Below are positions 26,786-42,100 of a stretch of DNA of 64,000 nucleotides, piece by piece (the stretch's first letter is position 1; each line of letters starts with the position of its first letter). The translations under genes and the position numbers were made by a program. This stretch comes from Tubiluchus corallicola. Taxonomy: Eukaryota; Animalia; Priapulida. The notes under the pieces are model-generated. The model was not told where the DNA came from, searched no databases, and saw only the letters and a program-made list of their open reading frames with translations. The stretch covers positions 1-64,000 of the forward strand of contig JAQGDQ010000478.1 in the NCBI GenBank assembly GCA_030141605.1. Direction: 5' to 3'.

Positions 26786-29700
26786 TTATATTAATCCTAG
26801 AGCTTTTTTCTTTTTTCGAACTAAATCAGCTGTAATTCCTAAGCTGCCTCCCACAATAAATCGTACAAAAGTGTCCCCGACTAAAGCACCCATGGCGTAC
26901 AGGCTTTGCTCTTGGGCGCTCTCGTAGCTCAGTAAATCAATATCGATTGGATTATGCTTGGAATCGATTGATTTGCCAGGTTCGATACCAAGACTGTGGC
27001 AGTCGTTATGCATAAACTCCAGATTCGGCCGGGATCCAACTAAAACAATGACGTGGGAGACGCGCACCGTAGTACACATGTCTCCCTCTATCGAGCACAA
27101 AACTACTCTTCCGTCGTTCTTAATCCGATGAACCACGTGACGAGAATAAGGTTGGTAACCGGTAATAGACTCCTCGGTTCCCTTCATCATCCGGAGAATT
27201 TTGTGATATTCCGGATACATGGCTTTTGGCAATTTGTTATAGATGAGCTCGGAATCCTCACAGCGTCTTCTAAACAAGTGTACGACTGGAATGTTATTGT
27301 TCTGAGCATGGAGTATCGCATCCGCTGCACTGAGACCCGCCCCCACGATCAACACCGGATCTGAATTGGACGATACGGCTCCGTGTTTAATTAGCTGCTC
27401 AAAATCGGCGACAGAATGATGCACGAATTTATACGATTCTCCGCTGACGTGCAATCGGTTAGGCTTGTCGAATGTTCCCGTTGCTAGGACAACGTTCCTA
27501 GCATGATAACAAAACGGTTGGATTTTCGTACCGGCATCCAACGAAGCGGAAATTTCCGTATAACCCCGGACCTCCCACACTTGCTCTTCGTCTGCAGCCG
27601 ATCTCGCCTCCTCGATTTCTCCGCTCTCCTGATCGTGGATGAAGTTTCGATTGGGCGGCAGTCGCCTGACGGACGTGACGGTGGAAAAGTTTCTGAAATG
27701 CTTCTCCAGCTTCTTCGTCCTGACGTAGTTCGTGTAAAAGTCCGCTACGTCCTGCACGGATGCCCTGTCGTTTAGCGAAGACGGCGACGGCGCAGATTTG
27801 ACACAGTTGGAACGGAAACCTCTCACCCAGCAGTGCTCTGTTACAGGAAGTTCACATTTGGTCTTTCGTAGCCCGCAACAGCATGAACACCTACAAGCAA
27901 GCAATGTTTAACAGACAGTGATACAGGGATGAGAATGACAAATTGCAGAAAACTCTGAAACAGGCTGGGAGTTTTGGGGCCACCTAGGCCCTCAATGGGG
28001 TTCAAGGGAAGCCCCCCCTTGGAGCCAGCAACAAATTGCAATTTTGTGACCATAGAGAACCTCTAAGTGGACTTAAAATATCAGTTACCTTGTTTCATGC
28101 ATGATTTAAAATACTCAACTATCAAGGATACATGATACCTAATTGTCTCAAAAATGCCCAAGTACTGGCCGCTCCTATGCAAAAGTATATAAAAACTGTC
28201 TGCAATTGACTCAAATAACTCTGCACAATTGATTCTATATTTTTATACATAGAGATATACACGTGGTTACACTGATGTACGTGATGTAAACAAAGTGACG
28301 GCCTACCAACTAGTGGTCAGCTTGTGAAATAATGTACTGGGTCCGTAAAAATTTTCTCAACGAATTTACGTGATTTACAAAAATGGCACTACTGGTTTTC
28401 CAAAAACTCGGAATTCCGCGTATCCGGGGAAAACTCTCATCCCTGCAGTGATATCATGAGTTTGTTCTGACAGCAGCAGTCTAATAGATTACGCATTTTG
28501 CATAGCAGTGCAGGTTCCAATCCTGAATTATCCAGGTTCCCATAGAATTTTAAAACAAATTTACCTGACCAAATATTGATTTTCCATGACCAAGATAAGC
28601 AAAAATTGCATTACCAGTATACATATTCAAACATTTTTATGTATGGACAAAGTACTGATATATAATGTGTCGGCACAGTTGCAGTAGTGCTAACGAAATT
28701 ACACTAATCACATTAAATAAACTTTCTTAATCCAATCATTATTTTTGGAACAGAAATAGAAACTGGGAGCCTGTCGTAGCAAAATTTTATATGAACACGA
28801 ATCTCTGAAAAATATGTTTAGAAAATATTGGTTCACGGAGATTATTTTTGCAATCGTCTCCAATTTCCCGACTTTTCCACCCACTTTCATCATTTTCCCT
28901 GACTTTCCAGGATAACCTAAATTTTCCAGGATTTTCCCTGAAGCAAAGTTAGCCCATGCTCAAGGCCTCAAGGAAAGAAATCGTTTTTTTTTAAATCGAT
29001 TAATTACCCAAAAGTAAAACATGTCAGATCATGTTTGTGTGTTTGAGAATATTGGTTAAGGATGGGAATGAAGATTCTGGATACAGTGACATAAATTGAT
29101 TATACAATGTGTCATAATACAACACAAATGTGCTCACGCTTATAAACATGCGGAGATAAGAAAAATGATTTGCCCATCACTAGACCCAACACCAGTGTCC
29201 AACTCGAGTCTCAATTCGGACTTTAGACTTGGACTCACAGACTCAAGACTTGACTCAGACTTTGTAGCAAATGACTTGCGACTTTGCTGCGGCTCAAAAT
29301 GACAAAGCGCTGACTTTACTAGTGATTCGAACAGCCAAACTAATACAATAACAATGGTTTCAGTAATTTTTAAAACTGACTAAAATGATTAAACTATTTA
29401 AATATTGTTATTATATAATAACTTCCACTTGTCTGAAACTATCCAATCTTTGATTGCACTCATATCTTGGTTTGCCAGACCTCGATTTTACGGATATCGA
29501 AAAATTCGGCAAAATCTGGTCCGTTAAAATTCCTGCACGCTCCGGATACAGTTTGTTATTTCACGAGCTGACACCTAGTTGGCGGGCTGTCACTTTGTTT
29601 ACATCATTACATCAGTATAATCTATGTATATGTCTATATATAAAAATATAAAGTCAACCATGTGGAGTTATTTGAAGTCAATTACTGACAGTTTTTATAT

Positions 29701-32700
29701 ATTTTTGCATAGGAGCAGCCCGTACTAAACGTTTCTGCGACAATTATGTGATTGATTCTACCTCACTGTGAATCTAATGCAACGGCATCTACTGTATTAG
29801 CTTAGCATCGTTAAACATGGACAATCGACAAATTCGGACAGACACATTTCCGCTTTTGTCCGGTAAACCGAGATGTGAGTGTGCTTGCAGCTTTCTCCGG
29901 TAAACCGAGATGCGAGTGTGCTTGCAGCTTTCTCCGGTAAACCGAGATGCGAGTGTGCTTGCAGCTTTCTCCGGTAAACCGAGATGCGAGTGTGCTTGCA
30001 CTTTCTCCTGCACGTGAAAATCCCTCTAACATAGAAAATCCCTTTAAGATGAACTGCACGTAAACCTTTGGTAATAACATTAGCATTATTACCCTCTATT
30101 AAAACCAAAATAAGACCAACCATGTATATAGAGCAGGTACACCCGAACACTTAGCATGCAATGGTTGTACTTTCCGACTATAAATTCACAGCGATAAATT
30201 CACTCGTGATGCATAAAGTCACGGCACATGCAGCCAAACATCTACAACCTCCAGTGGAAAGGTACAAAACAGTCACCTTGGGAGGTTGTGAAAATTGCGT
30301 AAACAGACCAACCTGTGGCGCTTGCGGAGAAATTCCTTGAAATTCGAATCCGGTAACTCCATCCATTTTCCCAAACTCAGCGTCAGCATTTCACCCTCGA
30401 TCATCTGCAATAGAAATTCAACGGGAAAATTTCAATGTTTGAAATAAAACACATCGAAGAGTTTGACATACTGGGAAAAACAAACGAAATCAGTTGATGA
30501 TTGTAATAGTGCGAGAAGTTTTGCATAAACAACAAAAGTTCTAAGACTCAATTTTTTGGATTGTTCTGATAAATTCAAATTTTTCGAATTCATATCAATT
30601 CATTACCAGTAATAGTCCCTATGCTATGTAGGCTATGTACAATGTTTAATTTTATACTATGCATAATCATCCTATTTATATTTTATTACAGGCACTTAAA
30701 ACATTTATAGTTAAAGACAACACAACTTTATTAAAATCATGGCAAACGTTTCGACAGGCTGCAACTGTCATCATCAGTGGTAAATTTACAAATTAGTGCA
30801 TAATTTACTGTATCAATTTCTTTACTGGTCTGTTTATTCATTACCTATTTGGTTTTTGTATATACATAATTAGTGCTTAAGTTACTGTATCAATTTCTTT
30901 ACTGGTCTGCTTATTCATTACCTATTTGGCTTTTATAAATACATAATTAGTGCATAATTTACTGTATTAATTTCTTTACTGGTCTGCTTATTCATCACCT
31001 ATTTGACTTCTGTTAACTACTTAATTAGTGCATAATAAGCACCGCCTATATAACCGCTTGTACGTTTTTAAATTTACCACTGATGATGACAGCAGCAGCC
31101 GGCTGTTGAAACGTTTGGCGCATCCTGTTTAGTTATATAAGAGCAGCATCGGTGAGTTGATCAAAGACAGTTTAAGCACAGAATGAAATTATGTTTATGA
31201 GAATTTGGCATAGTATATATGTATTTAGGTGGATGCAATGACCTACAGACATACTAAACAAAGACTACTAGTAATTTATTGTTCAAAATAAAACAGTTGT
31301 TTACTGACTATAAAAATTTCTCCAAACAAGACCAATGAGAATGGGAGCTGAGGGACCAGATGAGAAAGGGTTAATAGGGGCAAAGGACCAGACAACTTAG
31401 GGACTGCTTAGTTTAGTTTTATGACTCAGGAATATTAGTTCAAAAAATCGTTAACACGATAACTATTAACCTAGTTGCATAAGAGGAACCAATTTTAACT
31501 TAATCAATCATTATAACAGCCCACTTTATATATATATGAAGTTCCTCATTCAAATTTTGCTAACACTTCATACAGCTACTGTAGAACTGCAGAAATACGA
31601 AAAAAGACCTCAAAATCTCTTTCTTGTATCTTAACTGATTTCCTAGATATTTAGGTATCTCTTAACATTTTCTTGAACTAGGCGAAGTTCAACAGAGAAG
31701 CAATTGCCTGACAAAGTATTCCAAATATAACAGGTCCGAGGGAAAAAACTCGATTTGTAATGAGCTGTTCTACATCTAGGAATGACCACAGGATGAAAGT
31801 GTGAGAAACACAAGGAAATGTGAGCATTTAGAAAGTAATAAAAAGGTCCTAACACCATCGGCCATTAAATTAGTGATAACGGGGTAAAGAATTCCACAAA
31901 TAAGAGGTCAGAAGGAAAACAACTGATTTATAATCTTATGTTTTACATCTAGGATTGACCAGGTGAACAGTACACATCAACTGTCCATGTCTAGAAACTA
32001 ATAACAGGAGGTACCTGAACCTTCAAACTCCCAACATCTCCGGCTAAGGGCAGTGCTCCAATTCTGACTAAACGACTCAGAGAATAAGTTACCTCTTTAC
32101 TCGCAAATGACAGTATAATAAATTACACCTGTTTGCCGAGTCGTTTTTGAATGCAAGAACTACGCGACACATTCGCCTGTTGGCAGTTTTGCCGTACCAG
32201 CTCTTCAACATTCCTGACAAATTTATAGGCGGTCGTGTCTGGCGAGACAAACCTTATTTAGTGATGCCTTGAGGTAATGCAACTAATCAGGTCACTGACA
32301 CAAGAAAAGCAAAGACCTCAAACACGAAAAACTCGGAGAGACAACGGAGAGATTAGGTACTTTAAGTACAGTCTAGCCTCGTTATCTCGCCCCTCGTTAT
32401 GCCGCCAAACTCGTCTCTCGCCATAGAAAGTACCAGGACGGATTTCCTGCTTTGATATTTACCTCGCCACCCTCGCTTCTCGCCCTCGCCACGTCATGTT
32501 AAGATGAGTGCTTATGTAAACTATATTCGTTATGTCGCCAAACAGACAAACTCAGAGGTGAATCGATCAATACATATACCGCGTGTCGATCAATATAACC
32601 GCAGTATGTAGACAATGCTGCTGTACTCGATAGACAGACATAATTAATCTAGTGTGTGTCTCACCAGGATTAGATTAGGAGTGTAACTTGCGATCAAAAA

Positions 32701-35700
32701 CATATTAATAACTAGCATCAAATCAACTAGTGTCAACTTACAGCACTAGTTTGTCTGAAAAGTTAAAGGTAAACTGGACCCAATCTTAAACCTTAGCCGA
32801 CCAAGAGGACTTGCTTATTACAATAACGACCAAGTGGGATAAAAAAAATTTTCCCGTGAAAGTTTTGCTTAAGATGTGTTACTAACCGGACAGAATGACC
32901 AACTGGTAAGCAAGGTGCTCCTATTAGTATAAAACCAAGTTCTGTGGCAAGTTAGCATAGATGTATGAGGCTTTTACTGCATAATACTTTATAGCTCGTT
33001 CTGGGTAACAACTAACTGTCTAGACAGATTTCAGTGTAGCAGTTGCTTACCATGGCGAAAAGTCTAGACAGATTTCAGTGTAGCAGCTGGCAAAGGATCC
33101 AGACACGTTAAAGTAAGAATTTGTGAACATTTGAATATTTCGTTTAGAACTGGTAAGAAATTAAAAAATTCTGGTCAATCCAGCATTAATGATCACATAT
33201 TTGTGCCTCTGGCCACAAAGCTGATTTTAATAATTTCATCATTGTGACCAGACCTACAAATAACTGAGACTTATTAATAAAAGAAAGTTTATCTATATAC
33301 TCTAATAAGTCTTCTCTTAATGTACAAAGTAGTTCAATTCCTTTAACTTTATTTTCAAACACTTAGCTATCTATTACTGTATCATTAAGCCTTCTCTTAA
33401 TGTGCAAAGTAGTTCAATTCCATTAACTTTATTTTCAAACACTTAGCTATCTATTACTGTATCAATAAGCCTTCTCTTAATGTGCAAAGTAGTTCAATTC
33501 CATTAACTTTATTTTCAAACACTTAGCTATCTATTACTGTATCAATAAGCCTTCTCTTAATGTGCAAAGTAGTTCAATTCCATTAACTTTATTTTCAAAC
33601 ACTTAGCTATCTATTACTGTATCAATAAGCCTTCTCTTAATGTGCAAAGTAGTTCAATTCCTTTAACTTTATTTTCAAACACTTAGCTATCTATTACTGT
33701 ATCAATAAGCCTTCTCTTAATGTGCAAAGTAGTTCAATTCCTTTAACTTTATTTTCAAACACTTAGCTATCTATTACTGTATCAATAAGCCTTCTCTTAA
33801 TGTGCAAAGTAGTTCAATTCCATTAACTTTATTTTCAAACACTTAGCTATCTATTACTGTATCATTAAGCCTTCTCTTAATGTGCAAAGTAGTTCAATTC
33901 CATTAACTTTATTTTCAAACACTTAGCTATCTATTACTGTATCAATAAGCCTTCTCTTAATGTGCAAAGTAGTTCAATTCCTTTAACTTTATTTTCAAAC
34001 TCTTAGCTATCTATTACTGTATCAATAAGCCTTCTCTTAATGTGCAAAGTAGTTCAATTCCTTTAACTTTATTTTCAAACACTTAGCTATCTATTACTGT
34101 ATCAATAAGCCTTCTCTTAATGTGCAAAGTAGTTCAATTCCATTAACTTTATTTTCAAACACTTAGCTATCTATTACTGTATCAATAAGCCTTCTCTTAA
34201 TGTGCAAAGTAGTTCAATTCCTTTAACTTTATTTTCAAACACTTAGCTATCTATTACTGTATCAATAAGCCTTCTCTTAATGTGCAAAGTAGTTCAATTC
34301 CTTTAACTTTATTTTCAAACACTTAGCTACCTATTACTGTATCATTAAGCCTTCTCTTAATGTGCAAAGTAGTTCAATTCCATTAACTTTATTTTCAAAC
34401 ACTTAGCTACCTATTACTGTATCATTAAGCCTTCTCTTAATGTGCAAAGTAGTTCAATTCCATTAACTTTATTTTCAAACACTTAGCTACCTATTACTGT
34501 ATCATTAAGCCTTCTCTTAATGTGCAAAGTAGTTCAATTCCATTAACTTTATTTTCAAACATTTAGCTACCTATTACTGTACCAATAAGCATTCTCTTAA
34601 TGTGCAAAGTAGTTCAATTCCATTAACTTTATTTTCAAACACTTAGCTATCTATTACTGTATCAATAAGCCTTCTCTTAATGTGCAAAGTAGTTCAATTC
34701 CATTAACTTTATTTTCAAACACTTAGCTACCTTTTACTGTATCAATTTCTTTTCTACAGGTCTGCAGATTCATTACTTTGGCTTCTTTGTAAATACGTAA
34801 TTAGTGCATAATTTTCTATACAGTAGACTCTACCTATATAAACTGATTGTTGTTTGTATAACGTACCACTAATGATGACAGCTGATTGCTGCTGAAATGA
34901 TTTCACATGTTTTTATAACAGCTGTAAATTAAAGTTTTTTAAAATTAAAGTTGTGTTGTTTTAATAATAAAGTTTTATAATTTAATAATAATAATAATTC
35001 AGTATTAATATTAATACTTTAATATTAAAGTAATAATTAATAAAATAATAATAATTATGATTAATAATAATAATAATAATAAATTTTTAACTTATTTTTA
35101 CAGTAATGCAAACTACAATAAGGAACAAAATATGTCGTTCCTTGAGTGCTAAGCCACCGTTTCATAAACTCACTGTAACAATTCGTGGATTTACAACATA
35201 AAACTGAATTAGCTGAAATGTCACTATAAATTGATAATGTTTTTATAGCACCCATAAGTTAGTCGCGCTCGCGTATAAAGGCTGGTTCACTTGTACATCG
35301 TCCTTGGCAAGTTCTTTAGAACAATAAACTTATGATTACTTACCAGGAACTAAGACTGCAAATGTAAACAACACAGAACTACATAAACACGCAGGTAAAA
35401 GCGAAGAACAGAGATAAACTTGCGTTACCTGCCAGGCTCCACCAGGTGGCCCCCTCCCTAGTACAACGTGGGGGATACATTTCTTTTGATCTTTCCTCCA
35501 TATCAAATGGGTGTCTTCGTCACGACCCAAATCAGCCTGAGGGTGTGCAAGGGTGTCAAATAACAAAGCTACGGGGTTGGTGGATCTGCCCTCCAAGCCT
35601 TCCGATAAATAATCCAGGTCCTATTGAAATAATATCAGTTGATTAAATAATTCTAAAATCGCTTGTATTCTCAAGAAATTTCATTCAGTTTGTCTACGAA

Positions 35701-38314
35701 ATACAAGATGTACAAACAATGAAATCAGTACTGCTTAGTTGTTTTAACATAATTCCTTCCCATCGATTTCAGCTTTGGCTAATCAATAGCTGAGTGGCCA
35801 CCACTGTAAGGCCTAAATTAGTAGATGGTTGTTGGACTTGCAGGAACGGACCACTGTAAGGCCTAAATTAGTAGATGGTTGTTGGACTTGTAGTAGGAAC
35901 GGACCACTGTAAGGCCTAAATTAGTAGGTGGTTGTTGGACTTGTAGTAGGAACGGACCACTGTAAGGCCTAAATTAGTAGATGGTTGTGTGACTTATGGC
36001 AGGACCGGACCACTGTAAGGCCTAAATTAGTAGATGGTTGTTGGACTTGTAGTAGGAACGGACCACTGTAAGGCCTAAATTAGTATGTGGTTGTTGGACT
36101 TGTAGCAGGAATGGCCCACTGTAAGGCCTAAATTAGTAGATGGTTGTTGGACTTGTAGCAGGAATGGACCACTGTAAGGCCTAAATTAGTAGATGGTTGT
36201 CGGACTTGTAGCAGGAATGGCCCACTGTAAGGCCTAAATTAGTAGATGGTTGTTGGACTTGTAGTAGGAAGGAATGTAAGCCTAAATTAGTAGATGGTTG
36301 TTGACTTTGAGGAGGCCACTGTAAGGCCTAAATTAGAGATGGTTGTTGGACTTGTAGAGGAACGGACCACTGTAAGGCCTAAATTAGTAGATGGTTGTTG
36401 GACTTGTAGTAGGAACGGACCACTGTAAGGCCTAAATTAGTAGATGGTTGTTGGACTTGTAGTAGGAACGGACCACTGTAAGGCCTAAATTAGTAGATGG
36501 TTGTTGGACTTGTAGCAGGAATGGCCCACTGTAAGGCCTAAATTAGTAGATGGTTGTTGGACTTTTAGCAGGAACGGACCACTGTAAGGCCTAAATTAGT
36601 AGATGGTTGTTGGACTTTTAGCAGGAACGGACCACTGTAAGGCCTAAATTAGTAGATGGTTGTTGGACTTGTAGCAGGAATGGCCCACTGTAAGGCCTAA
36701 ATTAGTAGATGGTTGTTGGACTTGTAGTAGGAAGGTGTGGTTGTTGGTTGGTTTGGGGGTGTGGTTTGTGTGGTTGTGTTTGGGGGGTGGTTTGTGTGGT
36801 TGTTGGTTGTGGGTGGCCCACTGTAAGGCCTAAATTAGTAGATGGTTGTTGGCTTGTATAGGAACGGACCACTGTAAGGCCTAAATTAGTAGATGGTTGT
36901 TGGACTTGTGGCAGGAACGGACCACTGTAAGGCCTAAATTAGTAGATGGTTGTTGGACTTGTAGTAGGAACGGACCACTGTAAGGCCTAAATTAGTAGAT
37001 GGTTGTTGGACTTGTAGTAGGAACGGACCACTGTAAGGCCTAAATTAGTAGATGGTTGTTGGACTTGTAGCAGGAATGGACCACTGTAAGGCCTAAATTA
37101 GTAGATGGTTGTTGGACTTGTAGTAGGAACGGTGTGGTTTGTGTGCAGGAATGGCCCACTGTAAGGCCTAAATTAGTAGGTGGTTGTTGGACTTGTAGCA
37201 GGAATGGCCCACTGTAAGGCCTAAATTAGTAGATGGTTGTGTGGCTTATGGCAGGACCGGACCACTGTAAGGCCTAAATTAGTAGATGGTTGTTGGACTT
37301 ATAGCAGGAATGGCCCACTGTAAGGCCTAAATTAGTAGATGGTTGTTGGACTTGTAGCAGGAATGGCCCACTGTAAGGCCTAAATTAGTAGATGGTTGTC
37401 AGACTTGTAGCAGGAATGGCCCACTGTAAGGCCTAAATTAGTAGATGGTTGTTGGACTTATGGAAGGACCGGATCTAGCTCATTATCAAGATTAATGAAA
37501 CACACAGAACCAACAATGGTCTCTCTACCACGATCAGCACGATTCATCCAAGCTAGCCGAGTGTAAAACTCCACACGTAAAAACACCGTACCTGTTCGAC
37601 TAAAGAAAGCCCAGGGTCGGAATCTTGAAGCTTGCAGTTCAGTATTTCATTGTGGTGAGACGTGCCGTTATAATAAGGCCAGTTTCCAGATAAAAGAAAG
37701 GATAAACTTATTCCTGCTGGACCGTTCCCTGTAAAAAATATTCCACAATGTACAAATAGACAAAGCGTTGGACACACCTGTAAATTTGAACACATTTACA
37801 ACCATGAAAAGGAGGATTCAAAATTCATAATATTTCATTTCATAAATGTGTAATCATATTTGTACATCACATCTGTAATTACAGCGTATATTGTAAAACT
37901 GTAATTTTTACACGTATCACATCAAAATGGGTCAGAGGTCACCGAAAGCAAGGCAACTACTGTAAAACCATGAAAACAAAAATGCAAAAACAAAAAACAA
38001 ATTTACTGGTGACAGGATGTATCTATTAATATTTATCTTGAAGTAAATAGGCTATATAAGTTAATTATTAGTACATTAAGTACATTAAGTTAATATATGT
38101 GCAAATTTCTTTAGTACAAAACACACTTATGCTAAATATAGTATGTTAATATATATGTGGTGAATTTTTTATAGATTTTTTATGACTTATAAATGGGCAT
38201 AATTGTATTACAGTTTGTTAGTACATTTTTAGTACCTTTGTTAGTACTTTTATCTAAACATTTTTAATTGTACAGCACCTTTGAAAAAATTATTGATACA
38301 CTTTACAGACAAAT

Positions 38315-38364
<50 letters not shown>

Positions 38365-39162
38365 GTTATTACTATACTATATTATGAGTATAGCTTATTA
38401 ACGTATGCCAAGTGTGTTTTACTAAGGCAAGAAACTGTAAGACTTGTGATTCACTCAGCCATCCATTAAAATTGCAATCAGAACCGGGTATTCACTTTGA
38501 AAACTGCTATGTTAAAACAAAGACCATGGTTCAACTCCCAATAAAGTTACATTTTTTCCACCATTAACAATGCCTTGCGGCACAGTTTACTAGGCAAGTG
38601 TTCAAAACAGGTCAACTTGATAGTAGACAGCACGATGCATTTCTCAATGTACTGTTCTCATTTCAGATACTTAGAGTACACATTGGCACGATTAGCATCG
38701 CTTGAAGGTATGAACAAGTCATGGTAGTCATGGTCACTTAAGAACTGAATAGTCCAAGTAGATAATTCTTTTTTTTCCACAAATAATTCATGTTCACAAC
38801 CCAACGACCAAGGCTGATATTAGTGACCATACAGATTAGCCTGTCTAACCTATTTGCTTTTTACTGAAGATTTTTTGTAGGCTTTGAAAGCACAGGAAAT
38901 TTGCCAAGTGAGTGAGACCTTCAAGGTAGACACTGTGTAACCATAATTACATTATCCAGGGTGTGGTCTCAGCCTAACAGGAATCATCCAGGGTGTGGTC
39001 TGGGCCTAACAGGAATTATCGGGGGCTCTAAAGCAACATTTAAAAACAAACGTTTTACTTGGGGTAATAATAGTCTCTGTTATGTAGTTGTAGGTTGTTA
39101 TTTACAGTCGGCGATGACAGCTCTTTGAGCTAATGTTAATTCAAAAGCCGACTTTAAATAAA

Positions 39163-39196
<34 letters not shown>

Positions 39197-42100
39197 GTAA
39201 CTTTAACACTAACACATCCTTCAACCCTTCCTGTGTGATCTAATCTTTCTCCCAGTTCTTTTTTTTTGTTCACTCATTCATTCTTTTTTTATCAGGTTAA
39301 CATGACAGTGGAAGCCTTTGCTTCTCTAGCCCACTGCAGTACAATTATTCTTTTATGATAACGATAGTGTATGAAACATAACAATTTAAAACAGTAGATG
39401 TAATAATTTTGATGTCACTGTGTGCTTAATGTCATTATATTGTACTGAATGTGATAATAATAATAAATAAATAAATAAAATAAAATAAATATTACTTAAA
39501 CATTAAAATAAAATTAAGATAAACATGGCTATCAAGCTTTTTTTACCAAATTGGTTTATGATTCTTCAGTTATTTATATGGAACTCTGTCATCAGTGGTT
39601 TACAATCTAAAGTCATAAAAATAAGAAATTAAAATTAAAATTTTCTTCAATTTTATAATTTTTTTGAGTTTTGCTTTTAATTTTGTTTCTATTCTAAATT
39701 TTTATTCTTTAAAAATTCAAATAAAAAGAAAATTTAAAACTGAAGAAAAATTTTGAATTTCGGTTTTATTCTATTCTATTCTATTCTATTCTATTCTATT
39801 CTATTCTATGAGTTTCTATTCTAAATTTTCATTTTTTTAAAAATTAAAGTAAAAAGCCCACTTGAAACTGAAAAAAATTTCCCTCAATTTTATATTTTTT
39901 TGAGTTTTACTTTTATTTTGCTTCTATTCCCAGATTTAATTCCTTATTTTGACGACTCTTGTGCGTATACCATCTCATATAACATGGTAGCATCAGACAC
40001 AACGGAGTTCTGAATAAATAAATACTTCGAAATCGATTTGGTTAAAAAAGAAGACAAGTTTTCTAAGTTTCATTTTATAGTTGCTCAGATCACCAGCAAT
40101 AAAGGACTGATCAGACACATGAGAAATCAAACTATTCCACACTTCAGTTGCTCAGATCACCAGCAGTAAAGAACTTATCAGACACATAAGAAATCAAACT
40201 ACTCCACACTTCAGTCGTTCAGATCACCAGCAGTAAAGGACTGATCAGACACATAAGAAATCAAACTATTCCACACTTCGGTTGTTCAGATCACCAGCAG
40301 TAAAGGACTTATCAGACACATAAGAAATCAAACTATTCCACACTTCAGTTGTTCAGATCACCAGCAATAAAGAACTTATCAGACACATAAGAAATCAAAC
40401 TATTCCACACTTCAGTTGTTCAGATCACCAGCAGTAAAGGACTGATAGACACATAAGAAATCAAACTACTCCACACTTCAGTTGTTCAGATCACCAGCAG
40501 TAAAGCACTTATCAGACACATAAGAAATCAAACTATTCCACACTTCAGTTGTTCAGATCACCAGCAATAAAGAACTTATCAGACACATGAGAAATCAAAC
40601 TACTCCACACTTCAGTTGTTCAGATCACCAGCAATAAAGGACTTATCAGACACTTAAGAAATCAAACTATTCCACACTTCAGTTGCTCAGATCACCAGCA
40701 ATAAAGGACTGATCAGACACATAAGAAATCAAACTACTCCACACTTCAGTTGTTCAGATCACCAGCAATAAAGAACTGATCAGACACATAAGAAATCAAA
40801 CTACTCCACACTTCAGTTGTTCAGATCACCAGCAATAAAGAACTGATCAGACACATAAGAAATCAAACTACTCCACACTTCAGTTGTTCAGATCACCAGC
40901 AGTAAAGGACTGATCAGACACATAAGAAATCAAACTACTCCACACTTCAGTTGCTCAGATCACCAGCAATAAAGAACTTACCAGACACATAAGAAATCAA
41001 ACTACTCCACACTTCAGTTGTTCAGATCACCAGCAGTAAAGGACTGATCAGACACATAAGAAATCAAACTATTCCACACTTCAGTTGCTCAGATCACCAG
41101 CAATAAAGAACTTATCAGACACATGAGAAATCAAACTATTCCACACTTCAGTTGTTCAGATCACCAGCAATAAAGAACTTATCACACACATGAGAAATCA
41201 AACTATTCCACACTTCAGTTGCTCAGATCACCAGCAATAAAGGACTGATCAGACACATAAGAAATCAAACTACTCCACACTTCAGTTGCTCAGATCACCA
41301 GCAATAAAGAACTGATCAGACACATAAGAAATCAAACTATTCCACACTTCAGTTGTTCAGATCACCAGCAATAAAGGACTTATCAGACACATAAGAAATC
41401 AAACTATTCCACACTTCAGTTGTTCAGATCACCAGCAATAAAGAACTGATCAGACACATAAGAAATCAAACTACTCCACACTTCAGTTGTTCAGATCACC
41501 AGCAATAAAGAACTGATCAGACACATAAGAAATCAAACTACTCCACACTTCAGTTGTTCAGATCACCAGCAATAAAGAACTGATCAGACACATAAGAAAT
41601 CAAACTACTCCACACTTCAGTTGTTCAGATCACCAGCAATAAAGGACTGATCAGACACATAAGAAATCAAACTATTCCACACTTCAGTTGTTCAGATCAC
41701 CAGCAGCAAAGAACTTATCAGACACATAAGAAATCAAACTACTCCACACTTCAGTTGCTCAGATCACCAGCAATAAAGGACTGATCAGACACATAAGAAA
41801 TCAAACTATTCCACACTTCAGTTGCTCAGATCACCAGCAATAAAGGACTTATCAGACACATGAGAAATTAAACTATTCCACACTTCAGTTGCTCAGATCA
41901 CCAGCAATAAAGAACTTATCAGACACATGAGAAATCAAACTATTCCACACTTCAGTTGCTCAGATCACCAGCAATAAAGGACTTATTAGACACATGAGAA
42001 ATCAAACTATTCCACACTTCAGTTGCTCAGATCACCAGCAATAAAGGACTTATCAGACACATGAGAAATCAAACTATTCCACACTTCACGCTTCATAATT

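Larger units (their letters stand above)
30700..31120. mobile_element. Penelope-like element terminal-repeat remnant with inverted ends
   Basis: Two oppositely oriented hammerhead motifs around three ~78-bp repeats; AATAAA after the - strand motif. Confidence 0.75.

Noticed and set aside
36730-36820. G/T-only stretch within the 53-bp satellite (also near 37130)
   Set aside because: Looks like units with A and C dropped, next to units with scattered deletions; most likely a consensus or assembly error
33306-42087. Regular arrays as possible CRISPR loci
   Set aside because: Head-to-tail units without unique spacers, no cas genes, eukaryotic intron context
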